Source: Tepidisphaeraceae bacterium
GTDB lineage: Bacteria; Planctomycetota; Phycisphaerae; Tepidisphaerales; Tepidisphaeraceae
DNA: 53,240 nucleotides
Assembly: GCA_025450555.1 (NCBI GenBank)
Contig: JANWHF010000094.1
Location: 1-53,240 of the forward strand
Reading direction: 5' to 3'
In this document: one piece after another, positions 44,566 to 53,240 of the stretch
Layout: each line of letters begins with the position of its first letter
How positions within the stretch are numbered: the stretch's first letter is position 1
Notes under the pieces: model-generated
Told to the model about the DNA's origin: nothing
What the model saw: the letters and a program-made list of their open reading frames with translations, nothing else
The model's database searches: none
Made by a program: the position numbers and the translations under genes

Positions 44566-47500
44566 TTGATCAACTCCCGCCAGAGGCGATTGCTCTTTCG
44601 ATGGCTGCGGAAATAAGCGCCCGCGACGATTGCTCCTGCCGCGCCAACACCCATCAGCGTCGCCGTTCGGATCATCGCCAGCTTCTGTTCGCGCTTCCGA
44701 GCCTCGACGATTCGCTGCTCCGGCCGGCGCCTCGGCACATCGCCTTCGCGAATCGCCATCTGCAAGACATGCGCCATGTGCATCGCCGCGCGATCGGTCT
44801 GCTGCTCGATCTGCTCCTGGCAACTGAAGCCATCGGCGATAATCAGCTCATCTTCTTCCGCCTTGCGCACCTCCGGCAGCAGCATGCGCTCGCCGACGGC
44901 CACGCTCACGTTGTAGTGATCGTTCTCCTTCTCGTATCCGAAAGCCCCCGCCATTCCGCAGCAGCCGGCGTCGGGGTTTTTGTGCTCGATGCCCATCTTG
45001 TCGAAGATTTCCTTCTCGGCAAAAAGCTTGCCGTATTCCTTGTCATTCAGCTCGTCGAGCATCTTCTGATGGCAGTGGCCATGGACGATCGCCTTGCGCT
45101 TAAGCTGCGGCGGGCGATAGTTGGGCGCTTTGTTGCGCAGGAAATCGCTGAGGGTAAAGGTCAATTGTTTCAGCCGTTTACCGTCTTCACTGTTGGGAAG
45201 AATGTTGGGCAGCTCGTCGTGGAACGCTGCCCAGCAGCTTGGTTCCAGCACGACCATCGGAACGCCGGCTTCGTAATAATGGCGCAGCTTGTCCAGCAGA
45301 TCGAACCACCAACGTTTGGCCATGCCCAGGAAGCCGTAGTCGTACAGCGGGCGGCCGCAGCAGACGTCGGCCATCGGAACGTGGACGCGGAAGCCCGCAT
45401 CCTCCAGCACTTCCGTCGCCGCAATCGCGACGTCCGGATGGAAGTGATTGTTGAACGTGTCGGCAAACAGCACGACCGGCGCACCCTTGGGATTCTTTGG
45501 CTTGTGGGTCCGGTACCACTGCTTGAAGGTCTGCGGCGCAAAGGCAGGGATCTTTCGATTCGGATGCACCCCAGCCAAGAATTTCGCAATCGATCGCAAT
45601 CCCGGCACCTGCGTAAACAGATTGGCAAACGACGGTGCAATCGAGGCCAGGTTCGACCAGATGTGAATCCAGCCGAACGCGTACGCATGCCTGGGGCGCA
45701 GTTTGCCCTCGTAATAATGGCTGAGAAATTCCGACTTGTATGTGGCCATATCCACGTTGACTGGGCAATCGCCTTTGCATCCTTTGCACGAGAGGCAAAG
45801 ATCCAGCGAGTCTTTGACTTCCTTGCTCTTCCAGCCATCTTCGATGACTTCGCCGTTCATCATCTCGAAGAGCATGCGCGCCCGGCCGCGGGTTGAATGC
45901 TTTTCCTCACGCGTCACCATATATGAGGGGCACATGGTCCCGCCGCCCTCGCGCCGGCAGGCGGCCACGCCGACGCACCGCAGAGCCGCGCGGGCGAAAC
46001 TGTGCCGATCGCCCACATACTCAAAATGCGTCTTGGGCTGCGGCGGGTTGTAATCGGCGCCGATCCGCATGTTGTCGGTAATACCCAAGGCCGGCCCTTC
46101 AAGGTTGATGACCTTGCCGGTGTTCATGCGGTTATCCGGATCCCAGATCCGCTTAAACTCGTGGAAGGCCTGAAAGATTTCCGGGCCGAACATCTCCGGC
46201 AGAAACTGGCCGCGCGCCTGGCCATCGCCATGTTCTCCAGAGGCGACACCGCCGAACTTCACGACCAGATCGACCGCTTCTTGCATGAAGCGTTTGTACT
46301 TGTCGATGCCGGGCGCGGTGTAGAGATCGAAGGGTATGCGGCAATGGACACAGCCTTGTCCGATATGCCCATAAAGAGATGGGTGGTAATCGAATTTATC
46401 GAATAGGGCGCGCAGCTCGCGGAGATACTGAGCTGTTGCTTCGACCGGCACGGCTGAATCTTCCCAGCCGGGCCACGTATCCGGTTGGCCGGGCACCCAG
46501 GCGGTGCTGCCCAGACTTGATTCGCGCACCTTCCAGATCATTTCTTCCTGTTTGTCATCGTCGTACAGCTTCATGTCCACCGGCGCGCGGTCTCCCAGTC
46601 CCTTGACGTGATCCATCATTCGGCGGGCCTGATCGTCGGTGTCCTCTTTGGATTCACCGCCAAATTCCACCAGTAGAAATGAAGGGCCTTTGGGCAAGAT
46701 CGCCAGGGCGGCGTTTTCGTCGCCTTTCTGCTTGACGAAATCAAAAAGCAGCTCGTCGATGCCTTCGCAGGCGGTGGGTTCAAACTTCAACACCTCAAGC
46801 CCGCACTCGGCGGCGGTGGGGATGTCCTTGAAGCCGAGCATCGTCACCGAACGCGCCTTGGGCGCAGGCACCAGATGAAGGGCGGCTTCGAGAATGGTCA
46901 CAAGCGTGGATTCTGAACCGACCAGCGCGCGGGCAACGTTGCAGCCATTTTCCGGCAGAAGATCATCGAGGTTGTAGCCCGATACGCGGCGCTCGAGCTT
47001 GGGGAATTTCTCGCGAATAACGTTGCCATATTTGTCGATCAACGCCTTAAGGCCGGCATAGATCTGACCGTGCCGCCCACCGGCGCGAATATGGGCCTCC
47101 ATTTCCTCTGGCGACGTGGGGCCGACGTGCATTCGAGTGCCGTCGTATAGCAGCACATCCAATGCGTGCGTGTTGTCGCTCGTGCGCACGCCAAAGCCAT
47201 ATTTTTTGCTCAGTAGTGAATGGCTGCCGCAGGAATTGTTGCCGAGCATCCCGCCAATCGTGCATCGACTATGCGTGGCTGGATCCGGTCCATAGAAGAG
47301 GCCTGCCTCCTTCTTAGCCGTCTGTCGGAAATGGTCGAGCACGCAGCCGGGCTGCACATGGCCGATGCGATTTTCCGCATCGATGCGCAGGACGTGAAAC
47401 ATGTACTTCGAAAAATCCATGACCACTGCGACGTTGCAGCACTGGCCGCCCAGGCTTGTTCCGCCGCCGCGCGAAAGGATCGGCGCGCCGTGTTGGCGCG

Positions 47501-47768
47501 CCAGGCGCATGGTCGTTTCCACATCCTGCACGTGGCGCGGCACGACGACGCCGATCGGCACCTGGCGATAGTTGGAGCCGTCGGTAGCGTAGAGAGCGCG
47601 CGTGCCTTTGTCGAAGCGCACTTCGCCATCGATGTGCGCCTTCAAAGAAGCCTCCAGCGAGCGCGCCGACTCTTTTCCGATGGTGTTGCTGAGAGAATCA
47701 GTTTTTCGAAGTCGCTCGAACCGTACGTGCTCGTTGCGCTTGCGAAGAACTTGCAGTTGAGTGGTCAT
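44562..47768 (-). CDS. FAD-binding (GlcD-like) + Fe-S + CCG-domain dehydrogenase, YdiJ-like
   Basis: 'RALYATDGSNYRQVPIGVVVPR', 'RGGGTSLGGQ' in the FAD-binding PCMH domain. Ferredoxin-type 'CLSCKGCKGDCP'. C-terminal Cys-rich CCG-like repeats ('CCGRP', 'CCGMAG'). Start is taken at MTTQLQ. Confidence 0.8.
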   Translation of the reverse strand: MTTQLQVLRKRNEHVRFERLRKTDSLSNTIGKESARSLEASLKAHIDGEVRFDKGTRALYATDGSNYRQVPIGVVVPRHVQDVETTMRLARQHGAPILSRGGGTSLGGQCCNVAVVMDFSKYMFHVLRIDAENRIGHVQPGCVLDHFRQTAKKEAGLFYGPDPATHSRCTIGGMLGNNSCGSHSLLSKKYGFGVRTSDNTHALDVLLYDGTRMHVGPTSPEEMEAHIRAGGRHGQIYAGLKALIDKYGNVIREKFPKLERRVSGYNLDDLLPENGCNVARALVGSESTLVTILEAALHLVPAPKARSVTMLGFKDIPTAAECGLEVLKFEPTACEGIDELLFDFVKQKGDENAALAILPKGPSFLLVEFGGESKEDTDDQARRMMDHVKGLGDRAPVDMKLYDDDKQEEMIWKVRESSLGSTAWVPGQPDTWPGWEDSAVPVEATAQYLRELRALFDKFDYHPSLYGHIGQGCVHCRIPFDLYTAPGIDKYKRFMQEAVDLVVKFGGVASGEHGDGQARGQFLPEMFGPEIFQAFHEFKRIWDPDNRMNTGKVINLEGPALGITDNMRIGADYNPPQPKTHFEYVGDRHSFARAALRCVGVAACRREGGGTMCPSYMVTREEKHSTRGRARMLFEMMNGEVIEDGWKSKEVKDSLDLCLSCKGCKGDCPVNVDMATYKSEFLSHYYEGKLRPRHAYAFGWIHIWSNLASIAPSFANLFTQVPGLRSIAKFLAGVHPNRKIPAFAPQTFKQWYRTHKPKNPKGAPVVLFADTFNNHFHPDVAIAATEVLEDAGFRVHVPMADVCCGRPLYDYGFLGMAKRWWFDLLDKLRHYYEAGVPMVVLEPSCWAAFHDELPNILPNSEDGKRLKQLTFTLSDFLRNKAPNYRPPQLKRKAIVHGHCHQKMLDELNDKEYGKLFAEKEIFDKMGIEHKNPDAGCCGMAGAFGYEKENDHYNVSVAVGERMLLPEVRKAEEDELIIADGFSCQEQIEQQTDRAAMHMAHVLQMAIREGDVPRRRPEQRIVEARKREQKLAMIRTATLMGVGAAGAIVAGAYFRSHRKSNRLWRELIK

Positions 47769-50424
47769 CCTTGGTACTCCGTTGATGTTTCGTTTGAGTT
47801 TGCGCTCGCGGACGCGCGGAAGAGGGGGTCGCTGGCTTTGCGGGGCTTGGCTCATCGACCGTCAGTCGGAAATCCCTGCCTTCCCAGCGATCGCCATCGG
47901 TTGTCCACCGGAAAGTAAAGATCAATACATCGCCCGGCTTCATTGCCGCCGTGGGCAGATCAATGATGTGCAGCCCCGCGCCCGTATCCTTTGTCGGTTG
48001 CTCCTGTGTGGTCGCCCACCGATCCAGGCTGAAACGCACGATCGCCCGTGCGGTCAGCTCCAGCCGGACCCGCCGACCGGCGGGGAAGAAATCAACCTGA
48101 TGATCGAATCGCCAAAGTGAAAGATCGGTTGACGATTGATTATTTACATACCTTTCCCACGCATCGTCGGGGCAGTCGAAAACTTTTCCGTCGCGGATGG
48201 ATCGCAGGAGCCGAATAAATTCCGAATGGGTCCAGGCCAACGGCATCGCCGAACTGCTGGCACGGCCGCGATATAGATCGTGCTGCGGAACATCGTCGAT
48301 GTCCCAGACCTGCTCCGGCAGGAGGCCCACCTCGCTGGCAAAGCCGGCCATGGCATCGAGCATCTTCTTTGCGCGCTCCGTATTCCCCGCGGCAAGTTCG
48401 TAATGTCCGCGCTCTCCTGTCAATAGGGGCCACGAGCGACCGGTGCCGCTGTGATCTCCATGCGATTGCGTCAACGTGCCGTCATCGTGCTCGCCGTAGT
48501 AATCGCCGTTATAGCGTCGCCAGCAGGGGCCGGCTGGTAATTCTCTGCGCGTCATGGCGTCGATCGCCTTGATGGTGTTGAGAATCCGCGGGTCGTCCGG
48601 CGCGCGAAGACCGAAGCGCACCAAAGCCAGCGCATCGGGACTGACGACTTCCGCGGTTGGAAGACCTTTCGCCTGCTGCATGCAGGGCCATTCGCCACGC
48701 CGAAGCATCGATTTCATGCCTGGGGCGGGCGCGATGCGGATGTAATAGCCTTCAATTCCCAATTGTTTTGCCAGTGGCGTATCGGTGACGTAAGTCCACG
48801 GCTCGATTTGATCATTCCACAGATCGGCCGTCTCGCGGAAGTATTCCCCGAGGCGTTCTTCGCCGAATTGATTGGCCAATCGTGCGGCAACAAGTAGGGC
48901 GGCAATTTCGGTCGCAAGCGTGTAAGGTGAAAGGCCCGGCGTGTTTTCCCAGCGATCTTCACCCGTGGCAGGTCCGCTGCGAATGATGAAAGCCGCCGCA
49001 TCCCGCACCATTGGCCAGAAGGATTCGACCTGTCCATCCTGAACCGCGCCTTCCCGATGAGCAAAGTTCAGCAGCAGGATCGGCAGAGCGGCTTCATCCA
49101 GTTGCTCACCTTTGCCATAGGCGCAACCATCCAGCCACATATCCTGCGGCCAGCCGCCACTGTTTTTCTGCGTGGCGCGAAGATAATTCAACACGCCATA
49201 CGCTTCCTTGAATGCGCCAGCGGCGAGCATCCCGAGTGTTTCTTCCGCCAGATCGCGCGCCCAGACCAGGTGATAGCCGCCCAGGTCCTCATCGCCGCGC
49301 GCTTCGCCCCATGGAACCGAGAGACTGGCGACACTCGCGCCTAGAAATTGTTTCGAGCGATGCACCGCGAGGGTCATCATGCTGGTGCGATACAGATTGG
49401 CGGAGTTGCCGGGAATCGGGTTGACGCGCGGGCGCGAGCGGTCGGGCCGATTGCGCTGCTCGGCATTGTCATTCGCCAGGTCAACTGATTTTGGATCATC
49501 CAGCGGCCCGAGGGTGCTTTGCCAGTCTTTCCATTGGCTGACGTATAGATCCCGCACTTCCGCAAAGGGCAGGTGGAGCGATAAGCAGGCATTGAGTGCC
49601 GCGGCTTGGGGGGCGCGGTCAAACGCAAGAGCCAGGACGAACTCCCCGCCGCACTGTTTGAGATCGATCTCGCCCGCCAGCGCGATGTGGCCATGATCGG
49701 CGCAGTCGTATTCCCAAGTCATCTGGCCATGCTGGTGGATGTCCTGCCAGGCATCAGATGTTCCGACGTAACCAACGGATCGTCGCAGCCAGCCGGCGGA
49801 GGTCGTCATGGCCAGCGCATGACCTTCATGGCGGGCAAAGAGCATCGGCCGGTGCCGATAGGCGCCAACCCAGCCGGCGTTGTCCTTCCCCTGGTCCCCG
49901 AGCCGCGGCGACATCAGCACGTACAGCCGAAAATCGCCCAACGCCCCTTGTAGCGGCACAAATCGAATTCGCTGCAGCAAAACATCTCGGCCCGGATCGG
50001 CGATGATTTCCTTATTGATGCGATAACGCCCCTCAACGCAATGGTTTTCAAGCCGATATGCGGGGATGCCCGGCTCCTGCATCTGAATGTCGTATGTGCA
50101 ATGCTTTTGCTCTTCAGAAAAGAAATCCCCTGGGCCGGTGACGATCAATCCCAAATCGCGGATCGCTGCCTGATCGATCCAGGGATGATAGATTTCGTTG
50201 ACGATCCCCCGGCCAACGGTGAACCAGAGGCGCGACATCGCCGACATCGCGCAGCCCACGCCTGCCTTTGCCGCTGGCGACCATGTGGGGCGAATGCCGG
50301 GGGCGCCGGGGGCTCTGTTACCGCCGGCGTCGGGTTCGGTGATTGCTGATTCATCTTTTTCTTTGTTGTGCATCGCCGCAGCCGTCTCCGTCGAAAGTGC
50401 ATGGGATGCTGCATGGCTTCCCAT
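47698..50424 (-). CDS. GH15 glucoamylase/glucodextranase-like glycoside hydrolase
   Basis: Bacterial GH15 N-domain 'APGAPGIRPTWSPAAK...LWFTVGRGIVNEIYHP'. Catalytic (alpha/alpha)6 blocks 'YHLVWARD', 'GEDRWENTPGLSPYTLA', 'LPEQVWD'. A beta-rich C-terminal domain of about 110 aa. No signal peptide. Confidence 0.8.
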   Translation of the reverse strand: MGSHAASHALSTETAAAMHNKEKDESAITEPDAGGNRAPGAPGIRPTWSPAAKAGVGCAMSAMSRLWFTVGRGIVNEIYHPWIDQAAIRDLGLIVTGPGDFFSEEQKHCTYDIQMQEPGIPAYRLENHCVEGRYRINKEIIADPGRDVLLQRIRFVPLQGALGDFRLYVLMSPRLGDQGKDNAGWVGAYRHRPMLFARHEGHALAMTTSAGWLRRSVGYVGTSDAWQDIHQHGQMTWEYDCADHGHIALAGEIDLKQCGGEFVLALAFDRAPQAAALNACLSLHLPFAEVRDLYVSQWKDWQSTLGPLDDPKSVDLANDNAEQRNRPDRSRPRVNPIPGNSANLYRTSMMTLAVHRSKQFLGASVASLSVPWGEARGDEDLGGYHLVWARDLAEETLGMLAAGAFKEAYGVLNYLRATQKNSGGWPQDMWLDGCAYGKGEQLDEAALPILLLNFAHREGAVQDGQVESFWPMVRDAAAFIIRSGPATGEDRWENTPGLSPYTLATEIAALLVAARLANQFGEERLGEYFRETADLWNDQIEPWTYVTDTPLAKQLGIEGYYIRIAPAPGMKSMLRRGEWPCMQQAKGLPTAEVVSPDALALVRFGLRAPDDPRILNTIKAIDAMTRRELPAGPCWRRYNGDYYGEHDDGTLTQSHGDHSGTGRSWPLLTGERGHYELAAGNTERAKKMLDAMAGFASEVGLLPEQVWDIDDVPQHDLYRGRASSSAMPLAWTHSEFIRLLRSIRDGKVFDCPDDAWERYVNNQSSTDLSLWRFDHQVDFFPAGRRVRLELTARAIVRFSLDRWATTQEQPTKDTGAGLHIIDLPTAAMKPGDVLIFTFRWTTDGDRWEGRDFRLTVDEPSPAKPATPSSARPRAQTQTKHQRSTKDDHSTASSSQAQRARTVRATSKN

Positions 50425-50523
50425 CTATCCAGTAGAATGGCTGCGGTGACTTTTGACAGCGCGTAAAATCCTGGCGGATGTTGTGACCGGTGTGGAACGC
50501 GAATTGCTGAAAGCGACGTTTCT

Positions 50524-51228
50524 CTACCGCTGCGCGTAAGCGGTCGGATCGGCAACTCCAGCCTCGGCAAATCCCTTTTTGCGCAGCAAGCAGCTATCGC
50601 AGTGTCCGCAGGCAAGCCCTTCTGGCGTCGGGTCGTAGCAACTGTGCGTCATCGAATAATCCACGCCGAGATCGACGCCGCGCTGGATGATTTGCGCTTT
50701 GCTCACGTGAATCAGCGGCGTGTGAATCTTGAAGGGCTGACTATCGGGTTGCACCGTCATTTTGGTCGCGAGATTGGCCATCGCCTCAAAGGCTGCGACA
50801 AACTGCGGCCGGCAATCGGGATAGCCACTGTAATCCACTGCATTCACGCCGATGAAGAGATCCCGCACGTTCAGTACTTCCGCCCATGCCAGCGCATAGC
50901 TGAGGAAGATCGTGTTGCGGGCGGGGACATAGGTGATCGGAATGGCGGCCGACATTTGTGATTCGTCGCGGTCTTTGGGCACGTCGATCTGATCGGTCAG
51001 GGCGCTTTTGCCAAACTGCCGCAGATCGATTTGAATCACACGATGCTCGGCTCCAAAGAGCTTTGCGATGCGCTGCGCCGCGACAAGTTCCTGGCGGTGT
51101 CGCTGGCCATAATCAAAGGACAAGGAATAGAGGGGCCGAAAGTCGCGATCGCGCGCGATGGCCATGCAGGTGGTGCTGTCCAGGCCACCACTGGAGAGGA
51201 CAATCGCTGGCCGAACGGTGCATTGCAT
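50524..51228 (-). CDS. queC: 7-cyano-7-deazaguanine synthase
   Basis: '[13 protein letters not shown]' PP-loop, 'SFDYGQRH', and the C-terminal zinc cluster 'CY....[17 protein letters not shown]'. Confidence 0.9.
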   Translation of the reverse strand: MQCTVRPAIVLSSGGLDSTTCMAIARDRDFRPLYSLSFDYGQRHRQELVAAQRIAKLFGAEHRVIQIDLRQFGKSALTDQIDVPKDRDESQMSAAIPITYVPARNTIFLSYALAWAEVLNVRDLFIGVNAVDYSGYPDCRPQFVAAFEAMANLATKMTVQPDSQPFKIHTPLIHVSKAQIIQRGVDLGVDYSMTHSCYDPTPEGLACGHCDSCLLRKKGFAEAGVADPTAYAQR

Positions 51229-51288
51229 GCGACGCGATTCTAGGCCGTGTGTCCGTCAGGCTGTCGCATTGTCCCAAAAGTATACAAA

Positions 51289-51317
51289 GGTATGCGCGCC
51301 ACGAGGGGGCGCATACC
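51289..51317 (-). terminator. putative intrinsic terminator (minus strand)
   Basis: GGTATGCGC / GCGCATACC form a 9-bp perfect stem with an 11-nt loop. On the minus strand it is followed by TTTGTATACTTTTGGG. Confidence 0.5.
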
Positions 51318-51615
51318 TGGCACCGAAAGCTGGGTTAAGCCATTGTCATCTAAGATTTTATATTGATGTCGCGCGCGATTGAGCCAGTGACATCCCGCAA
51401 TGGGCTACCAATCGCAATCCTGTTCCTTAAGAAGCTGCACGTTGGTGAGCGACTCAGCGGACGTTATCGATGTCGCCAAGCCGGGCAAAGCGGTGGCCAT
51501 AGATCTTTGTTTTGTCAAGAATATTTATTGTCCGGCTCGGCTGCCACCGGGCTGCGCTGCCATTGAAAGAGCGCTGGTCATGATGACGCCGATCCCCTCC
51601 GTTCGTAGATAAGCT

Positions 51616-52194
51616 TCAAGCTTCCGGCAAAACGACGGGCATGCTGGCAGCTCTGTTCGTCTTTAAAAAGATCAAGCAGAGCGACGCCAAGCCCGCCAGA
51701 TAAAGTGAGGTGGCCAAAGCGGTGATCGGCTCAAGAAGGTCGCGGAAAAATGACCAGTCTGTTCCGAATTCCGACACCAGATACCAGATACCCACCATGT
51801 ACAAGAGGTGACTTGCAATCAATGAGCTAAAAGCAATTCGGCTGATGCGCAAACGAGCGGTGCCGGCGCAGATTCCGATGATGATCCAAAATGGGAAAAG
51901 CCCGTAGAACATCGCGTTGACGCTTCCGGTTTCCATCCACGGCGAAGATGCCAAAGTGATCAGCAGGCCGGAGTCGTGCCCCCGGGCAGCGACAATTTGT
52001 GGCGCAAGATAAAGGAGGGATGCCATGCCCACACCGACTGCCGCTGGAATCAGGACGGACCAGCGCCGGTGGTGGGATGGCGCTGCATAATTCAGCGGAA
52101 TGCTGAAGGCGTTATTCGTCATGGCTCGCCTCATTCGGGCTGGACCGCGCATCGAAGGATCAGGGGTAGCGAACGCGAAGCCAGAAGAGAGCAA
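51616..52194 (-). CDS. hypothetical integral membrane protein
   Basis: Four to five hydrophobic helices. It lies 21 nt downstream of copD on the same strand. The start is ambiguous (Met at 52194, 52152, 52134 or 52122). No family was recognised. Confidence 0.45.
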   Translation of the reverse strand: MLSSGFAFATPDPSMRGPARMRRAMTNNAFSIPLNYAAPSHHRRWSVLIPAAVGVGMASLLYLAPQIVAARGHDSGLLITLASSPWMETGSVNAMFYGLFPFWIIIGICAGTARLRISRIAFSSLIASHLLYMVGIWYLVSEFGTDWSFFRDLLEPITALATSLYLAGLASLCLIFLKTNRAASMPVVLPEA

Positions 52195-52215
52195 AAATTG
52201 GATAATTGCGGCGAG

Positions 52216-52989
52216 CTACCGGGTCCCGGGCTGCATAAGTCCAAGCCAGCCGACAATCAGCACGATCAAGATCGCCAGAGTCAGTTCCAGGCCCACATTG
52301 ATGCGAAGCTGACGCTGCACCCCCTCGCTTTGACCGATGCGACGACGTAACAGCACGAGGTTTACCGCTCCGAGAAGCACGGCGCTGCCTGTCATCGCGA
52401 TCTTGATAAGAAGCAGTCGTCCGTAAGAGGTGTTGAGGAAATTCGACCACGGCCCCAGCAGAAACAGGCTGTTTACGATTCCGCTTATCACGAGTAACGC
52501 CACAGCGGCCAGGCACATGGTCGAGAAACGGGCGACGAGATTGGGGACGTATAGTTGTCTGTCCTGCGACAGCATCTTTCTGGAAGACAGCAATATCACG
52601 AGCAACGGAAGCAATCCCGCTGGCCATGCGGCGCAATCCACAAGATGCACCACGTCCGCGCAAACGTGCAGCGCATAGGGCGAGCCTTCAGTTCCATGTC
52701 CCGCCCAAGCCAAGCTGCCCAACAGGACAGCGGCGGGCGGCAAAATCCACTTCGCATTTGCATTGAGCTTGCCGCGGCTGAACAGCATTGGAGCCGCGAA
52801 GACGCAGACAATTGCCCAAAATCCAAGGCGGATCTTCCAGAGCAATCCAAACTGCGTCGCTTGCCAGACGATTTTGACTGTAAGCCAGGGAAAGCTCTCG
52901 CCCGGCTCCCAGTCGCTCATGTTCAGCGATGCGAGGAGTAGCCAGGCCGCGCCTGAAATGAGTGTCAATAAAAGCGACAAGCCGATCAT
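52216..52989 (-). CDS. copD: copper resistance protein D (CopD/YebZ-like); coordinates are from the first ATG and the true start is probably upstream (about 53142-53163)
   Basis: 'TQFGLLWKIRL', 'WAGHG', 'HVCADVVHLVDCAAWPAGLLPLL', 'RFS', 'RLLLIKI' match CopD blocks. Homology ('AARAIHFGACLL') continues upstream of the ATG in the same frame. Confidence 0.75.
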   Translation of the reverse strand: MIGLSLLLTLISGAAWLLLASLNMSDWEPGESFPWLTVKIVWQATQFGLLWKIRLGFWAIVCVFAAPMLFSRGKLNANAKWILPPAAVLLGSLAWAGHGTEGSPYALHVCADVVHLVDCAAWPAGLLPLLVILLSSRKMLSQDRQLYVPNLVARFSTMCLAAVALLVISGIVNSLFLLGPWSNFLNTSYGRLLLIKIAMTGSAVLLGAVNLVLLRRRIGQSEGVQRQLRINVGLELTLAILIVLIVGWLGLMQPGTR

Positions 52990-53174
52990 TGCCCGGGCGT
53001 GGCGGCGCCAGCGATCTTCAATTATCGCCGGTGGGGTCCCACCGCGCGGCTTGATAATCCAAAGCTCAAAGATGCAGAAGCAAAGGATCAGCAGGCAGGC
53101 TCCAAAATGGATCGCCCGCGCGGCAACGAAACATCCGGTAATCAGCGATTGTTCGCTTGGCAGAGTGTTGGCCT

Positions 53175-53240
53175 CTATCGTTTAACGGTGAATTTGAAAT
53201 CGCCGTGGGTCCTGTGCGTGTCGGTAGAAACGACATGCCA
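53175..53240 (-). CDS. copC: CopC-family copper-binding protein, C-terminal 21 codons only (enters from window end)
   Basis: Reads WHVVSTDTHRTHGDFKFTVKR-stop. This matches the CopC C-terminal 'W.VVS.DGH...G.F.F.V' motif and lies directly upstream of copD. Confidence 0.6.
   Translation of the reverse strand, partial: WHVVSTDTHRTHGDFKFTVKR

Noticed and set aside
44601-45896. 431-aa plus-strand ORF, with other long antisense ORFs at 11431-12192, 5909-6478, 8062-8607, 28304-28783 and 34497-35159
   Set aside because: All are antisense to genes with clear family motifs. Their products are Arg/Ala/Gly-rich with no recognisable domains. They are shadow ORFs expected in GC-rich DNA.
51229-51615. preQ1 riboswitch upstream of queC
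   Set aside because: I looked for the small hairpin plus A-rich tail of preQ1-I and for class II/III-like pseudoknot signatures and saw nothing convincing. The queC leader after the terminator is only about 60 nt. The question is left as a covariance-model check, not a claim.

Overview
GC-rich chromosomal fragment with Planctomycetota-type gene content: a Tat-signal xylose-isomerase-like protein, a Ser/Thr-kinase-like protein fused to an FGE-sulfatase-like domain, an 'LESRRLLS' N-terminal motif and 'CPxCGYDL...CPECG' zinc-ribbon proteins. About 45 genes are densely packed. No rRNA, tRNA, CRISPR array, transposase or integrase was recognised. The centre of the window (about 13.1-37.3 kb) is a roughly 24-kb exosortase-associated polysaccharide/glycoconjugate locus. 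It contains an exosortase, a free-standing EpsI, a Wzz/BY-kinase-like co-polymerase, a polyprenyl-phosphate glycosylphosphotransferase and a GT26 fusion protein. It also contains four GT2, two GT4, three GT-C-fold membrane glycosyltransferases, a Wzy/O-antigen-ligase-like protein and two paralogous hexapeptide acyltransferases. An ECF sigma / anti-sigma / secreted-protein cassette splits the locus into two operons. The flanks carry housekeeping and accessory genes: an M48-like peptidase, YkgJ, DUF421, a CaCA-like protein, LOG, a CBM6-Kelch-CBM6 protein, an esterase and a nine-heme cytochrome c. Further right are a CsrA-like gene, a MacB-type permease, a PPC/DUF296 protein, an SDR, a YdiJ-like FAD/Fe-S dehydrogenase, a GH15 glucoamylase, queC and copCD. 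The observations most worth follow-up are listed here. (1) The exosortase locus has no recognisable sorting substrate, OPX or flippase in the window. (2) Both its initiating transferase and its GT26 enzyme carry nucleotidyltransferase-like plus hexapeptide modules. (3) The CsrA homologue has an internal partial duplication. (4) The kinase-like/FGE-like membrane protein appears catalytically dead in both domains. (5) A 50-codon basic ORF, ATGA-coupled to the PPC gene, is missing from the ORF track. (6) A near-perfect 27-bp stem-loop sits in a divergent intergenic region. (7) copD has no canonical start codon for its conserved first helix. All family assignments rest on motif recognition by eye; no searches were run.
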